Source: Octopus bimaculoides
Taxonomy: Eukaryota
Length of the DNA stretch: 64,000 bases
Assembly: GCF_001194135.2 (NCBI RefSeq)
Contig: NC_068995.1
Coordinates: 35,789,235 to 35,853,234, forward strand
Reading direction: 5' to 3'
The position numbers were made by a program, and so were the translations under genes. The notes under the pieces are model-generated. The model searched no databases. It worked only from the letters and a program-made list of their open reading frames with translations, and was not told where the DNA came from. Positions 52,758 through 64,000 of the stretch are shown here, piece by piece; the first letter of the stretch is position 1, and the number at the start of each line of letters is the position of its first letter.

Positions 52758-53607
52758 GTCAATCCAAGCACAAGAATCACATCAAATAAATTAACTTCAA
52801 GAAACAAAAAAGTCAATAAAATCTAAAAATATACAAATACCTATCGGTCACAGAAACCTGTGGTATACTGAGGAATCCGCAATATAAATTTACATATATT
52901 AGCCAGAAAAATCTGCGATGTACTGAGTGCACAATAGGTGAACTGCAATGTACTGACTGCATGACAAGTGAACCACGATATGGTGGGGAATTACTGTATA
53001 CCGTGCTCAGGTGCCCAACAACTAAGAAATAACAAGCCATCAGGTGTACTGTTGGCAGATTTCAGGAAGCATGGAAGTTTTGATATATAACTATCATTTG
53101 ATAGAAGGATATGTCTCGTAACTTAAGGTCTTTCATCCATCTTTTGCACATAACATAGGCTAATTACTCTAATGTATGCTTCATATTTGATACAGTTCAA
53201 TGTCTAGTTTAAGAGAAATTTGGTTGATTATTTCAGGTTTGAATAAGCCTTTCATGACAGCTAAACACTTGGTTTTGTGAATATACTAAGGTATCACTCT
53301 GCCCCCTTTGAAAGAAATAGTGAGTGATTTATGAGTTTTGATGGCTATATTTAGCAGGTTGGTCTATCACTCAGAAGTTCTGCAGTAGTTGTTAACCAGG
53401 GCCTGACTTAGGTGAACTCAGGTCACTTAAACCTATGGTAAAAGAAGTTCTGATCACAAGGATAGAAATTCACTCGCACGCATGCACGCAGAGCAAATCC
53501 ACTCACAAGGCTTTGTTTGGCTTGAGGTTACAATAGAAGACACTCACCCAAGATGTGGTTGGGAAGGAAACTTCTTATCACACAGCCACACTTGATTTAC
53601 TTATATA

Positions 53608-54523
53608 TTGGGTTATCTCATAAATAATGTGGTTTTTTCAATTGCATTCAACTAAAAGTTGGAGGAGGATGGGATAAACTACCTGCATCAATGTGTTTTA
53701 AAAGCAGGTAGTAATTTTACCTTGTCCTTATTCTTAATGCAAGTTTTGAAGAATGCAGTTCGATTTTAACTGTTATTTTTTCAAAGCTATAATGGAGCAT
53801 ATTCGGCATATTTTGCTCTATGAGCTCAATAAAGGCAAAAACTGAACAGAAAGTGTGAGGAATATTAATGCAGTATATGGGAATTGGACAATAAGCATAA
53901 GCCAGTGTCAATGGTGGTTCCAGAAATTCTGAGCCAGAAACTACAGCTTAGAAGATGAGCCTTGTCCTGGAAAATCTGCAGAGCTCAACAAGGACATCTT
54001 GCAAAACCCTGGTGGAACAAAATCCCATCATAACTGTTGAGTAACTAGCAGAGAAGCTTGGATTTGGTCATTCAACCATTCATTGGCATCTGCGCTAGAA
54101 GAAAAAGAACCATCTTTGGTTTCGAGACGAAAGGTATTCTTCCATCAGGATAATACTTGGCCACATACAGCAATGATGACATTCCAAAGGCTGGAACAGT
54201 TTGAATGGGAAACGATGCCCGACCCACAATATTCACCAGACATTGCCCCATCTGATTATCATTTATTCCACAGTCTTCAAAATAATTTGGATGGAAAAAA
54301 ATATGAATTCTGTAGATGTGGTCAGAACAGGACTGGAGGAGTATTTTTCATCACAGACAAGTGAATTTTAGAAGAGAGGCCTTGCAAGTCTACCAGATAG
54401 ATGGAAGAGCATTGTAGAAAATGAAGGAGAGGATATTTTAGATTAGAAAAGAACTTCGTTTATCTTAATTTTGAAAAATAAAAGAAGTATAAAAAAACCC
54501 ACATTATTTATGGGATGACTCAA
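53608..54523 (+). mobile_element. Internally deleted, inactivated mariner (DD34D) transposon
   Basis: TA flanks and ~28-bp TIRs (ttgggttatctcataaataatgtgg / ccacattatttatgggatgactcaa). HTH region MEHIRHILLYE... has stops. Catalytic 'HQDN..PH' and 'YSPDIAPSDYHLF' present. Confidence 0.93.
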
Positions 54524-55354
54524 TATTTATTTATTCTTGCTCAAGAAAGAAGCTCATACCTCTTTCTTTTTAACCATTCAATAACATGCACATGATCTTT
54601 GCACAATAAAAAAAGCTAAATAAATCTCTGACATTATCTTGATTGATATTATTCATTATCTCCATAAAAATGGAAGACATGACAAAAAAAATTTTCTCAC
54701 CTTACATTTAGTCTACTACAATAGAAATGAAAAGTATTATTACAGAAAACATTCGATTTGTATAGGAATAGGTTAAACGAAAGCTGAGAAATTTTTTATA
54801 ACTTCCCATCTCATGTCAATAAAGAATAATATTGAGATAATGTATCTTGTCCTATATTTTATTTTTATTATATGCTGTGCAAAGATTGCATGAAAATTAC
54901 TAAATGGCTAACAAAAGTATGAACTTTCCTTTCTCAATAAAAGACAAGATTGTTTTTAAAAAATTTTAAACGCAGCCAGGGCTTACTAACATTGTTAAGA
55001 AGCAATAGTTGACTCAGTAAATGTGTAAATGTACTTTAAAAAGAAGAAAAACTGCTGACATGATAGAAGTAGTGAATTTTAAATATAATAGTGGTTTCAA
55101 ATTTTGGCACAAGGCCAGCAAGTTCAGGGGAGGGAGTAAGTTGATTATATCAACCCTTAGTGATATAAACTGGTACTTATTTTATTGACTCCAACAGGAT
55201 GAAAGGCAAAGTCGACTTTAGCAGAATTTGAACTCAGAACATAAAGACAGACGCAATACTGCTAAACATTTTGCCCAGTGTGCTAACGACTCTGCCAGCT
55301 AACTGCTTTAATTTTGCATATAATAATGAATGCGTGTGTGTGTGTATGCATGCG

Positions 55355-55385
<31 letters not shown>

Positions 55386-56019
55386 GTATATAGGCTTTGG
55401 CATGGCTGTGTGGTTCAGAAGCTTGCTTAGGAACTGTGTGGTTTATGAGTACAGTCCCACTGTGCAGTACCTTGGGTTAGTGTCTTCCACTATAGCTCTG
55501 AGCTGATCAATGCCTTGTGAGTGAATTTGATAGACAAAAATGTATGAAAGCCCATTGCGCGCGCGTGTGCGTGTGTGTTTTTTTGTTTAATATCATTTCA
55601 TAAGGTACAGGATAAATAAAACTACAATACTGTAAAATAAAAATTCACAAAGTGTTTGCTTCTCAAACAGAATTTTATTGAGCTATCTTAGATTTACTGA
55701 ACCCAAAGTGTTTCTTCTTTGGTTTTACACTAACAATTTACCTTCTACTGATAGGATATGGTGTTACCATATTTTCCAGCACACAAGTTGAGGTAGTGTA
55801 TAATACAAACATAGAGCTTAAACATTCAAACATTGTCATTATCTTTCCAACTCTTGCAGCATTTCACATGGTCATCCAAAGTTGTTTTAGTGTATTGGTC
55901 AACCAACGTTTTAGAGCTGTAAATTTTAGTTTGAAAAATTCAACTTGTATGCCAAAGAACACAGAGAGGGACAAATGTAGTAATTCAAACAAAATGATTG
56001 AGTGACAGATCAGCTTTAA

Positions 56020-56437
56020 CTCTTTAGCATTCAGATTATTCTGTCATGTAATATTTATCTATTCACACTGTTTTGAATTAATAATGTATTATCTCATGGC
56101 TTCAAGATGTGATCATTTAGTTTTAGAATGACAGTGTAGAGCAGGTATGAGATGTTGGATCTGGCCAGTTTGATCACAAAAGAGACAGAATATTTTCCAT
56201 TTCGAGCGTGGCCGTTTTCGTGCGGGTGACACGTAAAAGCACCCACTACACTCTCTGAGTGGTTGGCGTTAGGAAGGGCATCCAGCTGTAGAAACTCTGC
56301 CAAATTAGATTGGAGCCTGGTGTTGCCATCCGGTTTCACCAGTCCTCAGTCAAATCGTCCAACCCATGCTAGCACGGAAGGCGGACGTTAAACGATGATG
56401 ATGATGATGATGATGTAGCCAGTTTAAATTTTAAGGG
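56020..56437. mobile_element. TTAA MITE (reverse orientation) with a young CAT/GAT-tailed element at ~56195-56415
   Basis: ttaa|ctctttagcattcagatt...; the insert retains CpGs. Confidence 0.75.
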
Positions 56438-56499
56438 ATTAAACAGTGTGGTGGTAGAAAGTATTCTTTTCCAATTTTCACCTTGTAAATACTTCTTCC

Positions 56500-57990
56500 C
56501 TGATGCATCTCTGTTGCAATGTCAGTTAAACATGGACAGTGCACCACTGCTGTCTGTGACCACACAAAACAGAGAAATGTAAAATCAGACACGAAATATG
56601 TAGTGATCACAGAGATTCAACAATGGATAACCAGCTGTAGAAATCAGAAAGAAGTTGCATTCTTCAATCAACAACTGTGTTTGCAATATTGGTGAAAACT
56701 TAAAACTTGAGCTCCAACATTTTCAGCTATTACAGGATTAGCTAAGAATAGAACAGGCAGAGTAGAAAATATGAAATTCATTTGAAACAAATTGATAGAG
56801 GACATGCATCAACATAACTATTCATACCTGCTATATAACTTTCAAATGAAGATTTATATTATATATTTGATGACCTCAAGGAAACACTGGGTTCTAGTAC
56901 AAAAAATGTAAATGCTGTGGCAGGAGGTGACTATTTTGAAAATTTCACACATTAATCAAAATTGCATCACCTACAGGTAACAGGAGAGTTTGAAATAAGT
57001 CAAAAGTAACTGCAGCAGTTTTAATGAAACATATTATTGATGAAAGGTGATATACACCATAATACTGTTTTAATGTAGAGGTGACAATCTTGCTTTGGAA
57101 ATAAATGCACATTTCTAAAGAAAACACAGCACTTAGTTTCAAGACTGCCACTACTCACATAACTCTCCTATTTGGTGGTAATGTTTCAGAAGATCTACTC
57201 CAAAGTCACTAGTATCATTCTGAGACACCAGGAGTAATGAAAAGATACTCTGAATCTCGTCTTGCTGGTATATGGCAATCAAATATAACAGAGGCTATCA
57301 TCAGGAGTGTTTCAAGATTTTACTTTGTATTTCAGCCCAGCTGTTAAAAGTATTGTCAAGCTAAGAACCTTGAAAATAAAATATTGCTTTTCATGAGCAA
57401 TGCTCCAGGTTACCCATCAAACTTAGATGAACTGACCATCTCCATCCATATCCAACTTAGTTCAACCTGTATAGCATGGAACTATTTTTTCTTTCACTTG
57501 AAAAAATTTAGCAGCTTGGTATGTAGCAGTGAAACATCAAGCTGATAAGGCATCTGTTTTGGAAACCATATCCATTCTTGGTCAATCATCAGATATTAAT
57601 TCTAATAAAAGTCATTGTTTCCCACAGACTTTTTTTTATTTTCTCGTTCTTTGTGGAAAGCCTATTAGTAATATTTTCAGTGAACAGCACTGAGCTTTTT
57701 ATGGAATCATGTTTTGGCAAAATATATCTAGATTCTTCAAAAGGCTATGATTACAAATATACAGAATATTATGAGTCAAATACAAATTTCTACTTCAAGG
57801 GGAGAAGGGGGGTCAGTGAGGGAATGCTTGGATATAATTCTCAAGTTGCATAAACCGTAAAACCACTTTATATACCAATAAATTAATAAAATGGCATTTA
57901 ATTTACACTTCTATTTCACTGATATTTAAAATATTACAATGAAAGAGTAAAAAGAAAAAAAAACTTCTAAAACTGATTATGATGAGCTAT
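56500..57990 (+). mobile_element. Decayed Tigger/pogo transposase relic
   Basis: KILLFMSNAPGYP (cf. KILLLLDNAPGHP), SNLVQPV*HG (cf. SLIQPMDQG), VFQDF..YFSPAVK. Confidence 0.75.
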
Positions 57991-58884
57991 GAATTCTAAA
58001 GTTAACCTGAATATATTGTCTGTAAATAAGTTGAGATAGACATGGTTGGTATGATGAGACAGGTCAGACAGGTAAATAGAGCAGTTCATTTTAGATTTTC
58101 AAACAGCTGTGAAATGATAACGATGATAATGGTGGTGGGGGTGTACCATTGCCACCAACTTTTTTGTTTACAACCAAATATGATCACAGCTATAAAGCAG
58201 TAGTAGTACATACTTTATGTTTACAATCAAGAGTAAAGTATTGAACCAAAATACACAATAATATCAACATGGTAGCCTCTATGTGGTTACTGAACCTGTT
58301 AAAGAGCAGCAGGTTCAGTGACTATTCACTTTCACATCTTATTATTCTGTCATAAGAGAAAAAGGACAGACACACTGGAGAATATAGTCTGAGGCTTGAT
58401 ATGTCTGGAAATAAGATGGAATAATTACAACTGGTTTACCGTTAACTTAAATCCACTTGATTACAACTGATTTAAGACCAAACAACAGCTACAACTGTAT
58501 CATTATATAATTTAGCATCTGCTTTCTATGCTGGCATGGGTTAGATGATTTGGTTGAAACTGGTAAGCTAGAGGGTTACACCAGGTTCCAATCTGATTCA
58601 ACATGGTTTCTACAGCTGAGTGCCCTTCTTAATGCCAACCACTCCAAGAGTGTGATGCGTGCTTTTTACATGCCACCAGCATGAGTGCCAGTTACAGGAC
58701 ACCAGCATTGGCCACAACTATGATTCCACTTGGCTTAATGGGTCTTCTCAAGCATAGCGTATCACCATCACTTACCATTGCCTCCGTGAGGCCCGTGACA
58801 TTTGTATCAGCAGTATAACTGCACTAAAAGTAGATCTGACAAATTTTAAATTTACAATTTTTAGGTTAATATCAAACTCTTTAA

Positions 58885-59100
58885 CCTTTTAGCATTTAAG
58901 CTGGCCATAACCAGCCCAAAATATTCTACCTGTTTTATGTTCAAACTGACTAGATCAAGCCTTTCACACCTATTCCACACTGTCGTTCTAAAAATAAACA
59001 CATCATTGAAATCTCAAAGCAAAATGATAATGCGTGGCTGATTCAAAACAGTGAGAATAATTAGCATTATCTTTGACAGAGTGATCTGAATATTAAAAGG
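58885..59100. mobile_element. TTAA MITE, same family
   Basis: ttaa|ccttttagcattt ... aaaagg|ttaa. Confidence 0.8.
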
Positions 59101-61289
59101 TTAACATTGTTCTTTGACAGTATCAGTCAGAAAATACTGTACAAAGCTAAGATTAAATGTTTCACAACTAATTCATCATAAAGTGGTTACAATTATTATA
59201 ATATAATCAGGAATTATTTTGACAGTTGTGAAGGCACATGGCTCAGTGGTTAGAACGTCAGACTCACAATTATGGGGTAGTGAGTTCGATTACTAAACTG
59301 GGTTGTGTTCTGTTCTTGAGCAAAACACTTTATTTCATGTTGCTCCAGTTCACTCAGCTGTAGAAATAAGTTGCAATGTCACTGGTACCAAGCAGTATCA
59401 GCTTTTGCCTTTCCCTTGGATAATATCAGAGGCTTGGAGAAGGGAGGCTGATATGCAAGGGTGACTGCTGGTCTTCCACAAACAACCTTGCCTGGACTTG
59501 TGCCTTGGAGGGTAACTTTCTGGGAGCAATTCCACGGTCATTCATGACTGAAGGGGGTCTTTACCCTTTTCACCCATTTTGACTGTGTATAATAGGTGAT
59601 TCAATCACCTACAGTGACTTATTAGCATTGATCTTTACTGGCCTTTCAACATCAGCATCATCTGATGTCCATTTTCTGTGTTGGGATGGGTTGGATGGTT
59701 CAACAAGAGCAAAGGAACTAAAGGACTGTGTCAAGCTTCATTCTCTGTTTCAACTGGGTGCCCTTCCTTATGCCAACCACTTTACAGGGTGTACTGAGTG
59801 TTTTTATGTGGCACCAACACTCATGAGAGTAGGGGAGTAGTAGTGAGGGAAGTGTCTTTATTCCAGGTGATGAGAGTTATGATTGAAGGACAGAAACAGG
59901 GTCTGGCGGTAGGGAAGAAACATGGTTACCCCAGTTGAAAAAGAAAGAGAATGGTGGTGAATATGAGACAGGGTGGACCCTAAAATTAAAGGAAGATGAA
60001 TGAAAGAGAAGTGGTATGGGTGGGTATGAAGTATGTTAAATTATTATTTTAGTGATGTGGTCCAATTTATGATGAATAACATCTAATAAAGCCCTCTGCT
60101 CAAAAGAATGTTGCATATACTTGAACTAAGGTCTCATCTACTTTTCAAATCATCATCATCATCATACATCTGTTGTCCATGCTGACTTGGGTTGGATGGT
60201 TTGACCAGGGCTGGTAAGCTGGGAGGCTGCACCAGACTCCAGTCTGAATTGGTATGGTTTTCTATGGCTGGATGCCCTTCCTAATGCCAACCACTCCAAG
60301 AGTGTAATATGTGCTTTTACATGCTACCGGCATAAACTCATTTGTATGAAATGTGAGTGTGTGTGTGTGTGTGTGTGTTTGTGTGTGGAGTGTGTGTGTG
60401 TGTGTGGAGTGTGTGTGTGTGTGTTTGTGTGTGTGGACATTCCCAAACACATCTGTAAATATTCACATGTGTGTATGAGAGTGTGTGTGTATACATATAT
60501 ATACACACACACAAATATGATACACACACACACACACACACATGATACACACACACATACATATATATATACAGACACACACACACCTGTGGAGGTGTGA
60601 GAGGGGGTGAGTGAGTGGATGGATGTGTATATACATACACCCCCACACATACACACATTACAAACTATTCTCTCATACAGCTTTGGAGATGGGTTTTGAA
60701 ATAAAAAGTAAAGAATTGACAAGGTAAGTAAACAGATTAAATGTATGAGTGCACAAATGGATGTTGGCGACACCCCACCACCACCACCACCACCACATCA
60801 ATAAAAGCAGATGACAGCTTGTTGTAAAAATGTAATTGAAAAGAAAAGAGATCAATCACTCCACAAAATACTGAGTCTCTTACTTTGCTAAATAAGCAGA
60901 TATATAGATCTAGTAATGCTAAAGTTATAACATTATACATAATATTATTTATGTAGTTAGCTGTTGGATATTTTTCACTGAAATTTGAAATTAACTGAAG
61001 CTGCTTTGTTGATTAAAATAACATCAACTGATTTACTGACCCTTTTAATACCAGCCCTGATTTTAAGAAAAAAAAACTTCCTGTTTTAAAGTGATCTAAA
61101 TTAAAACCTTCCAAAAATCAATGCTAATTGATGTCCCAGACACCAGTTTAACAATAACAAAGTTTTATTCAACTCTTTCTAACTGAAACAAAGGCAATAT
61201 ATTCCAACAGAAATATCCTAACAGACGAATTGAAAAAAAATTATTATTTTGTTTATTATTACCATTATATGTACCTTCCTTCATTGGAC

Positions 61290-61790
61290 ACTAAACTCCA
61301 CTTGCGAAGACCTGTTGAGGCAAGTGAAATCGAAATCGAATTAAATTCGATGATTGGCACCCATGCCAACGTCTCCTTCATTGGAAACGAAACTCGGCTT
61401 GCGAAGACCTATTGGGGCAAGTGAAAGCGAAACCGTCAATGGTACCTGTGCCCAACATCGCCTTCCTGGCACTTGTGCCGGATGGCATGTATAAAGACAT
61501 TCGAGCGAGATCGTTGCCAGTGCCGCCGAACTGGCTCCTGTGCAGGTGGCACGTAAAATACACCATTTTGAGCATGGCCGTTGCCAGTACCACTTGACTG
61601 GCTTTCGTGCCAGTGGCACGTAAAAGCACCCACTACACTCTCGGAGTGGTTGGCGTTAGGAAGGGCATCCAGCTGTAGAAACTCTGCCAAATCTGATTGG
61701 AGCCTGGTGTAGCCATCTGGTTTCACCAGTCCTCAGTCAAATCGTCCAACCCATGCTAGTATGGAAAGCAAACGTTAAATGATGATGATG
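61290..61790 (-). mobile_element. RTE-related CAT-tailed short element (core ggatgcccttcctaacgccaacc) with extended body
   Basis: Same core at ~13790-13945, 18000-18230, 22455-22890, 45600-45800, 56195-56415, 58510-58800, 59650-59830, 60150-60340, 61800-61990. Confidence 0.85.
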
Positions 61791-62965
61791 ATGATATAAA
61801 TGTACATGATCCCCATGGGTACTGGTGCCACGTAAAAGCACCCAGTACACTCAGTAAAGTGGTTGGCATTAGGAAGGGCATCCAGCCATAGAAACCATGC
61901 CAAAACAGACAACTGGCCCAGCCCTCTGGCTTGCCAGTTCCTGTCAAAACCATCCAACCCATACCAGCAGAGAGAACAGATATTAAATGATGATGAAGAT
62001 GGCAGTAGCAACGATGACGATAACGACAATGAAAGAGATGAGGCTGAGTAAGTTAGTTTGCTGAGATCTACAAAAATGGACTTGCTGAATAGACAGACCT
62101 TCCCCAAAGCTCGAGAAATATGAGTAAATTCATTCAAATTATAAAGGCTCTTGCCAGTAAAAAGGGTTGGGAACCATAGCTGTACATGGTCACAACTCGG
62201 TTGAAATAGCAGGCAAATCTCCCTCGAGAAAATACATCTTACCATATCAAATAATGGAATGATACATTTGAAACATTAGGCATGAAAAATAAAACAAGTA
62301 TAGTCACAGCTAGTATACTGTTGATCAAAGATCTGCTCAATGAGAGCTGACTGAAGTTAAATAACAACTTGCAACATGGCCATCACGACTGTTTTTATCC
62401 CACTTTTAATATTACTATCTTCCGCATATGACTGTCATTACTCTCACAACACCATATTGTCTATTTCTCTCTCAAGCCACTCCACCATCAATACTCTATT
62501 GTCACCCACAACCACCAGCATCACTACTCACTCCTACAACTACTGCCCACTCACATGGTTAAGTAGGCATGTGTTGGTGGTGGAACAATTGCCATTCAGC
62601 ATAATGGTATTTATTGATATTCTCTTTCGCCCATCTTCACACCAATATATATATATATATATATATATATAGATATATTGGTGTGAAGATGGGCTAAAGA
62701 GAATATATACTACATGTATCAACATATAAATTGTATATATAAAAATAACCATTTATATATATAGATAGATAGAAACACATATTCATATCTATATATATAC
62801 ATCTAAATACAGATGTGTGTGTGTGTATGTATTTACATATATATTTATACAGACACACACATATATATATATACTTATGAGTTATCCATATATGTATAAA
62901 TGTATGTACATGTGTATGTATATATATATGCATGTGTGTAAGTGCTTATATAAATAAATAAATAA

Positions 62966-63002
<37 letters not shown>

Positions 63003-63162
63003 TATACACACACGCACACATATATATACACACATACACACAGACATATATACACACACACACACAGACACAAAACCATTATTTACCCATGAACACCAAT
63101 ATTGTTATTTGCATTGATTTTCAAGTTGTAGTTTGTTATCTCTTTAGGTTAGCATGTGGGTG

Positions 63163-63196
<34 letters not shown>

Positions 63197-63681
63197 TAAT
63201 TTTAAAAAGACATTAATGAGTGTCCTTTATATGACATTCTATATGAATGCAAGTGAGAGAAAATAAAGGCAAGACTGTTAAATAAAGAAAGCTCTAAATG
63301 TGTGTACATGTATGAAAGGGTGAGAGAAAGAAACACATATCATCATCATCATCAGCAGCAGCAGCATCATTATCATCATCATCATCAATGACATCATTTT
63401 TATATGCAGTTTCTTCACTCATAGCCATGGGTTGGACAAGACTCACTGAGGTAATGTTCTATGGCCAGATGACCTTGACAAGGCCAACCCTTACTTGTTT
63501 ACAAGTAAGCTATTTATTTCACGTTTCCCACACGAAGTTTCCAGACTTTAATGTTTATGAGGGAGGGAGACAATGTCCACCAGATGATGTTGGCTAACAC
63601 AAACACACACAGTGACAACATATACACATCTGCATGCATGCGGACACAGATACACAAGAGATATACCCACATGTACATGTG

Positions 63682-63721
<40 letters not shown>

Positions 63722-64000
63722 TGTGTGTGTGTGCGTGTGTGTGTGTGTGTGTGTGTGGATTAGGTGAATTGGCAGAGTTGATAGAGTACTTTGAAGTAAT
63801 CATTCCATGTTCTGAGTTCAAACTCAAGCAAGATAGACTTTAATTTTTATCCCTTCATGGTTCATAAATAAAGAACGAGTCCAGAACTGGGCTTAATTTT
63901 TCTCTCTCTTTCCTCCTGGAAGATATTGGCCATAGCCAGACCTAGAGGTGGTTGGGGTGAGCCAGGTTTAGATACTAGGGATATATCATATATGGTGTTG

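Overview
AT-rich, microsatellite- and transposon-dense eukaryotic genomic scaffold with several N gaps. The SINE/MITE families and repeat texture look like an octopus genome (inference; not verifiable here). Two protein-coding genes are supported, both on the minus strand. (1) Six phase-consistent spliced exons (8426->276) encode a C-x8-C-x5-C-x3-H zinc finger directly followed by an extended Tudor domain, a Krimper/TDRD-type piRNA-pathway architecture. The gene runs off the left edge and its 5' exons could not be located. (2) An intronless 398-aa class A GPCR (31497->30301) of the MECA/GPR119-like type in which the DRY, CWxP and NPxxY switch motifs are all degenerate. The rest is largely repeat-derived: several tRNA-derived SINE families, RTE-related CAT-tailed elements, decayed RTE and Penelope retroelements, decayed mariner, Tigger and Charlie/hAT transposons, many MITEs, a 307-bp foldback and a full-length decayed 5S rRNA copy. 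Most ORFs in the supplied track are microsatellite or N-gap artefacts. Repeat boundaries are approximate unless TIRs/TSDs are quoted. No searches were run; family assignments come from motif recognition.
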